NCBI GenBank assembly: GCA_021788365.1
Contig: JAJYKS010000001.1
Coordinates: 3,887-67,886, forward strand
DNA from: a bacterium
GTDB taxonomy: Bacteria > Patescibacteriota > Microgenomatia > UBA1400 > UBA12108
DNA: 64,000 nucleotides
Direction: 5' to 3'
In this document: in pieces, positions 62,545-64,000 of the stretch
How the letters are laid out: each line of letters opens with the position of its first letter
Position numbering within the stretch: the stretch's first letter is position 1
Translations under genes and position numbers: made by a program
Notes under the pieces: model-generated
The model's input: only the letters and a program-made list of their open reading frames with translations
Databases searched by the model: none
What the model was told of the DNA's origin: nothing

Positions 62545-63390
62545 TTAGTTCTTGCAGATTTTTTTCACTCGGTCGATATTCTCTTTATCTGGACCTGTAC
62601 CTTCGATCCCGGGGACTTCGAGGAGCAGGGGTAAGGATGCGAGGCGGGGGTGATTAATCAATCGCTTCAATCCTTCGCTACCGATGTAGCCATCGCCAAT
62701 ATTTTGGTGCATGTCGTGAGCGGAGCCCAGTGGTGTTTTGCTGTCGTTTAAATGCAGTACGTCCAATTTGTCCCAACCTATGTATTTTTCGATATCTTTC
62801 ACCCACATCTCGAGACCTGCCTCGGTCACAAAATTGTAGCCTGCCTCGAACGCGTGAGCAGTGTCTAGACAGATTTTTAGCCTGTCGGATGTAACTGCGG
62901 AAAAGATATCGGCAAGTTCAGGCAGCGAGCCAATTTTGCCTTTTTGACCGGCAGAATTTTCGAGGATGAGTACGGAGCCATTTGGTGTTGCATCCAGCAC
63001 TTCTTTGATTACCGTTATTACCTGATCCTTTACCACCCTCCACCCGCGACCCTGATGGGAACCTATGTGGAGGATAACACCCGCCGCGCCGATTGCTGCG
63101 CCGTTCGTCATATCCATGATGAGCGCCTTCTTCGATTTCTCCAGAAGCTCGGCGTTGTCAGATGCGAGGTTGGTCAAATACAATGCGTGGATGTATATAG
63201 GTCGTAGGTCACGGATCATAGATTGCTCGCGAAAGGCCTCCGCAACCTTTGTCGGATATGGTGTTCGTGCCCACATGCGGGGAGAGCCGGCAAAAATCTG
63301 CATGCAGTTGCCCCCAATCGCGATAGTATTTTCGATCGCGTTTTGCAGGCCACCTGCTGTACTGACGTGTCCACCTATTCGGCGAGTCAT
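62545..63390 (-). CDS. nfo: endonuclease IV
   Basis: GGHVSTAGG, IHALYL.NLAS, HIGS, ENSAG, CLDTAH, HLNDSK, HQNIG.G.IG, LEVP. Confidence 0.96.
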   Translation of the reverse strand: MTRRIGGHVSTAGGLQNAIENTIAIGGNCMQIFAGSPRMWARTPYPTKVAEAFREQSMIRDLRPIYIHALYLTNLASDNAELLEKSKKALIMDMTNGAAIGAAGVILHIGSHQGRGWRVVKDQVITVIKEVLDATPNGSVLILENSAGQKGKIGSLPELADIFSAVTSDRLKICLDTAHAFEAGYNFVTEAGLEMWVKDIEKYIGWDKLDVLHLNDSKTPLGSAHDMHQNIGDGYIGSEGLKRLINHPRLASLPLLLEVPGIEGTGPDKENIDRVKKICKN

Positions 63391-63453
63391 TTGTTCTCCT
63401 TACTTTTCAAGTACCAATTTTCAATTTTCATTCAAACTCCAATTATCAATGTT

Positions 63454-63855
63454 TTAAGGTAACGCAAGTGGCGAGGCTGCGGGCGACGCGGATGCAGATT
63501 CGTATTGGGTTACGACTGTTTTGCAGTAGTTGTACTGAATCTGCGCCGCTTCTTTGGCAGGCAAGTCTTTTACCTGATTTTGTAGGCTATTTAAGGCTTG
63601 ATTTATGATCGGTCCTCCCTGACCACCAGTCACTTGGTTGATAGCGTCGGTACCTGCACTTACCGCTCGAGTGACACTTTCCCCCAACACATTTGCCACT
63701 TGGCTCCAAGCATCTCCCGATTGGGCAATTGCCGCCGACGGGGAGATGGAGACGTTGCTGAGTGAGGCGGGCACACGGCGCGCGGACTGGCGATAGAAAA
63801 TGTAGCCGCCATACGCGATGCCGGCGAGTAGGAGGAGCGCGAGGAAGAGCTTCAT
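63454..63855 (-). CDS. small membrane-anchored hypothetical protein
   Basis: N-terminal TM, NVLGES motif, TATACT-N6-ATG start. Confidence 0.65.
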   Translation of the reverse strand: MKLFLALLLLAGIAYGGYIFYRQSARRVPASLSNVSISPSAAIAQSGDAWSQVANVLGESVTRAVSAGTDAINQVTGGQGGPIINQALNSLQNQVKDLPAKEAAQIQYNYCKTVVTQYESASASPAASPLALP

Positions 63856-63894
63856 GTCTTTAGTATAGCCCATTCGACGTTGCTCAGGGCGGGC

Positions 63895-64000
63895 TTACTC
63901 GTAGCGGAGAGCTTCAATGGGACTGAGCTGTGCAGCTTTCCTCGCTGGGAACACGCCAAAGACGATTCCTGTTGCTAGGGACACGCCAAAGGCAAGGAGG
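63895..64000 (-). CDS. MacB/FtsX-family ABC permease, C-terminal fragment
   Basis: Manual translation gives [33 protein letters not shown]. Confidence 0.88.
   Translation of the reverse strand, partial: LLAFGVSLATGIVFGVFPARKAAQLSPIEALRYE

Noticed and set aside
61368-62624. The 69-bp repeat as a DGR template/variable pair
   Set aside because: The copies are identical with no adenine-specific differences, and no reverse transcriptase is in the window.

Overview
This 64-kb window looks like chromosome from a Patescibacteria (CPR) bacterium, probably Microgenomates; the taxonomy is inferred from a divergent 16S, an intron-bearing 23S and the gene content. Most genes lie on the minus strand. (1) 1-28 kb is a large surface-glycosylation locus: eight GT-C-type membrane glycosyltransferases, three polyprenol-phosphate GT2 synthases, other GT2s, a Wzx flippase, and ugd/uxs/gmd/rmd/rmlB/rmlD plus a cupin, with trmD and a sortase beside its likely substrate. 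(2) 28-36 kb holds housekeeping, repair and salvage genes (internally deleted Na/Ca exchanger, MazG-like, NUDIX, AlkA, queuosine-salvage hydrolase, rarA, rmlA). (3) 36-44 kb is a secreted/surface-protein block, including a two-gene unit sharing a TG[GD]N[ST]Q repeat behind a promoter-leader-terminator, and a ~1600-aa Ig/FN3 protein. (4) 44-51 kb is a split rRNA locus (16S | bcp | inverted tRNA-Ile | tRNA-Ala-23S-5S). The 23S carries two group I introns: L2504, and L1931 with a LAGLIDADG ORF and a terminal A instead of omega-G. (5) 51-64 kb holds galE, surface proteins, ftsEX with a C39-like peptidase, an unshifted prfB, a 1.1-kb cassette between 69-bp direct repeats of the nfo 3' end, and nfo. 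Window-wide signals are a -10 box 6-7 nt before ATG (leaderless-type starts), short palindromes and 7-nt-periodic tracts inserted in frame into enzymes, and a recurrent VLG motif in surface proteins. All calls come from reading motifs by eye; no database search was run.
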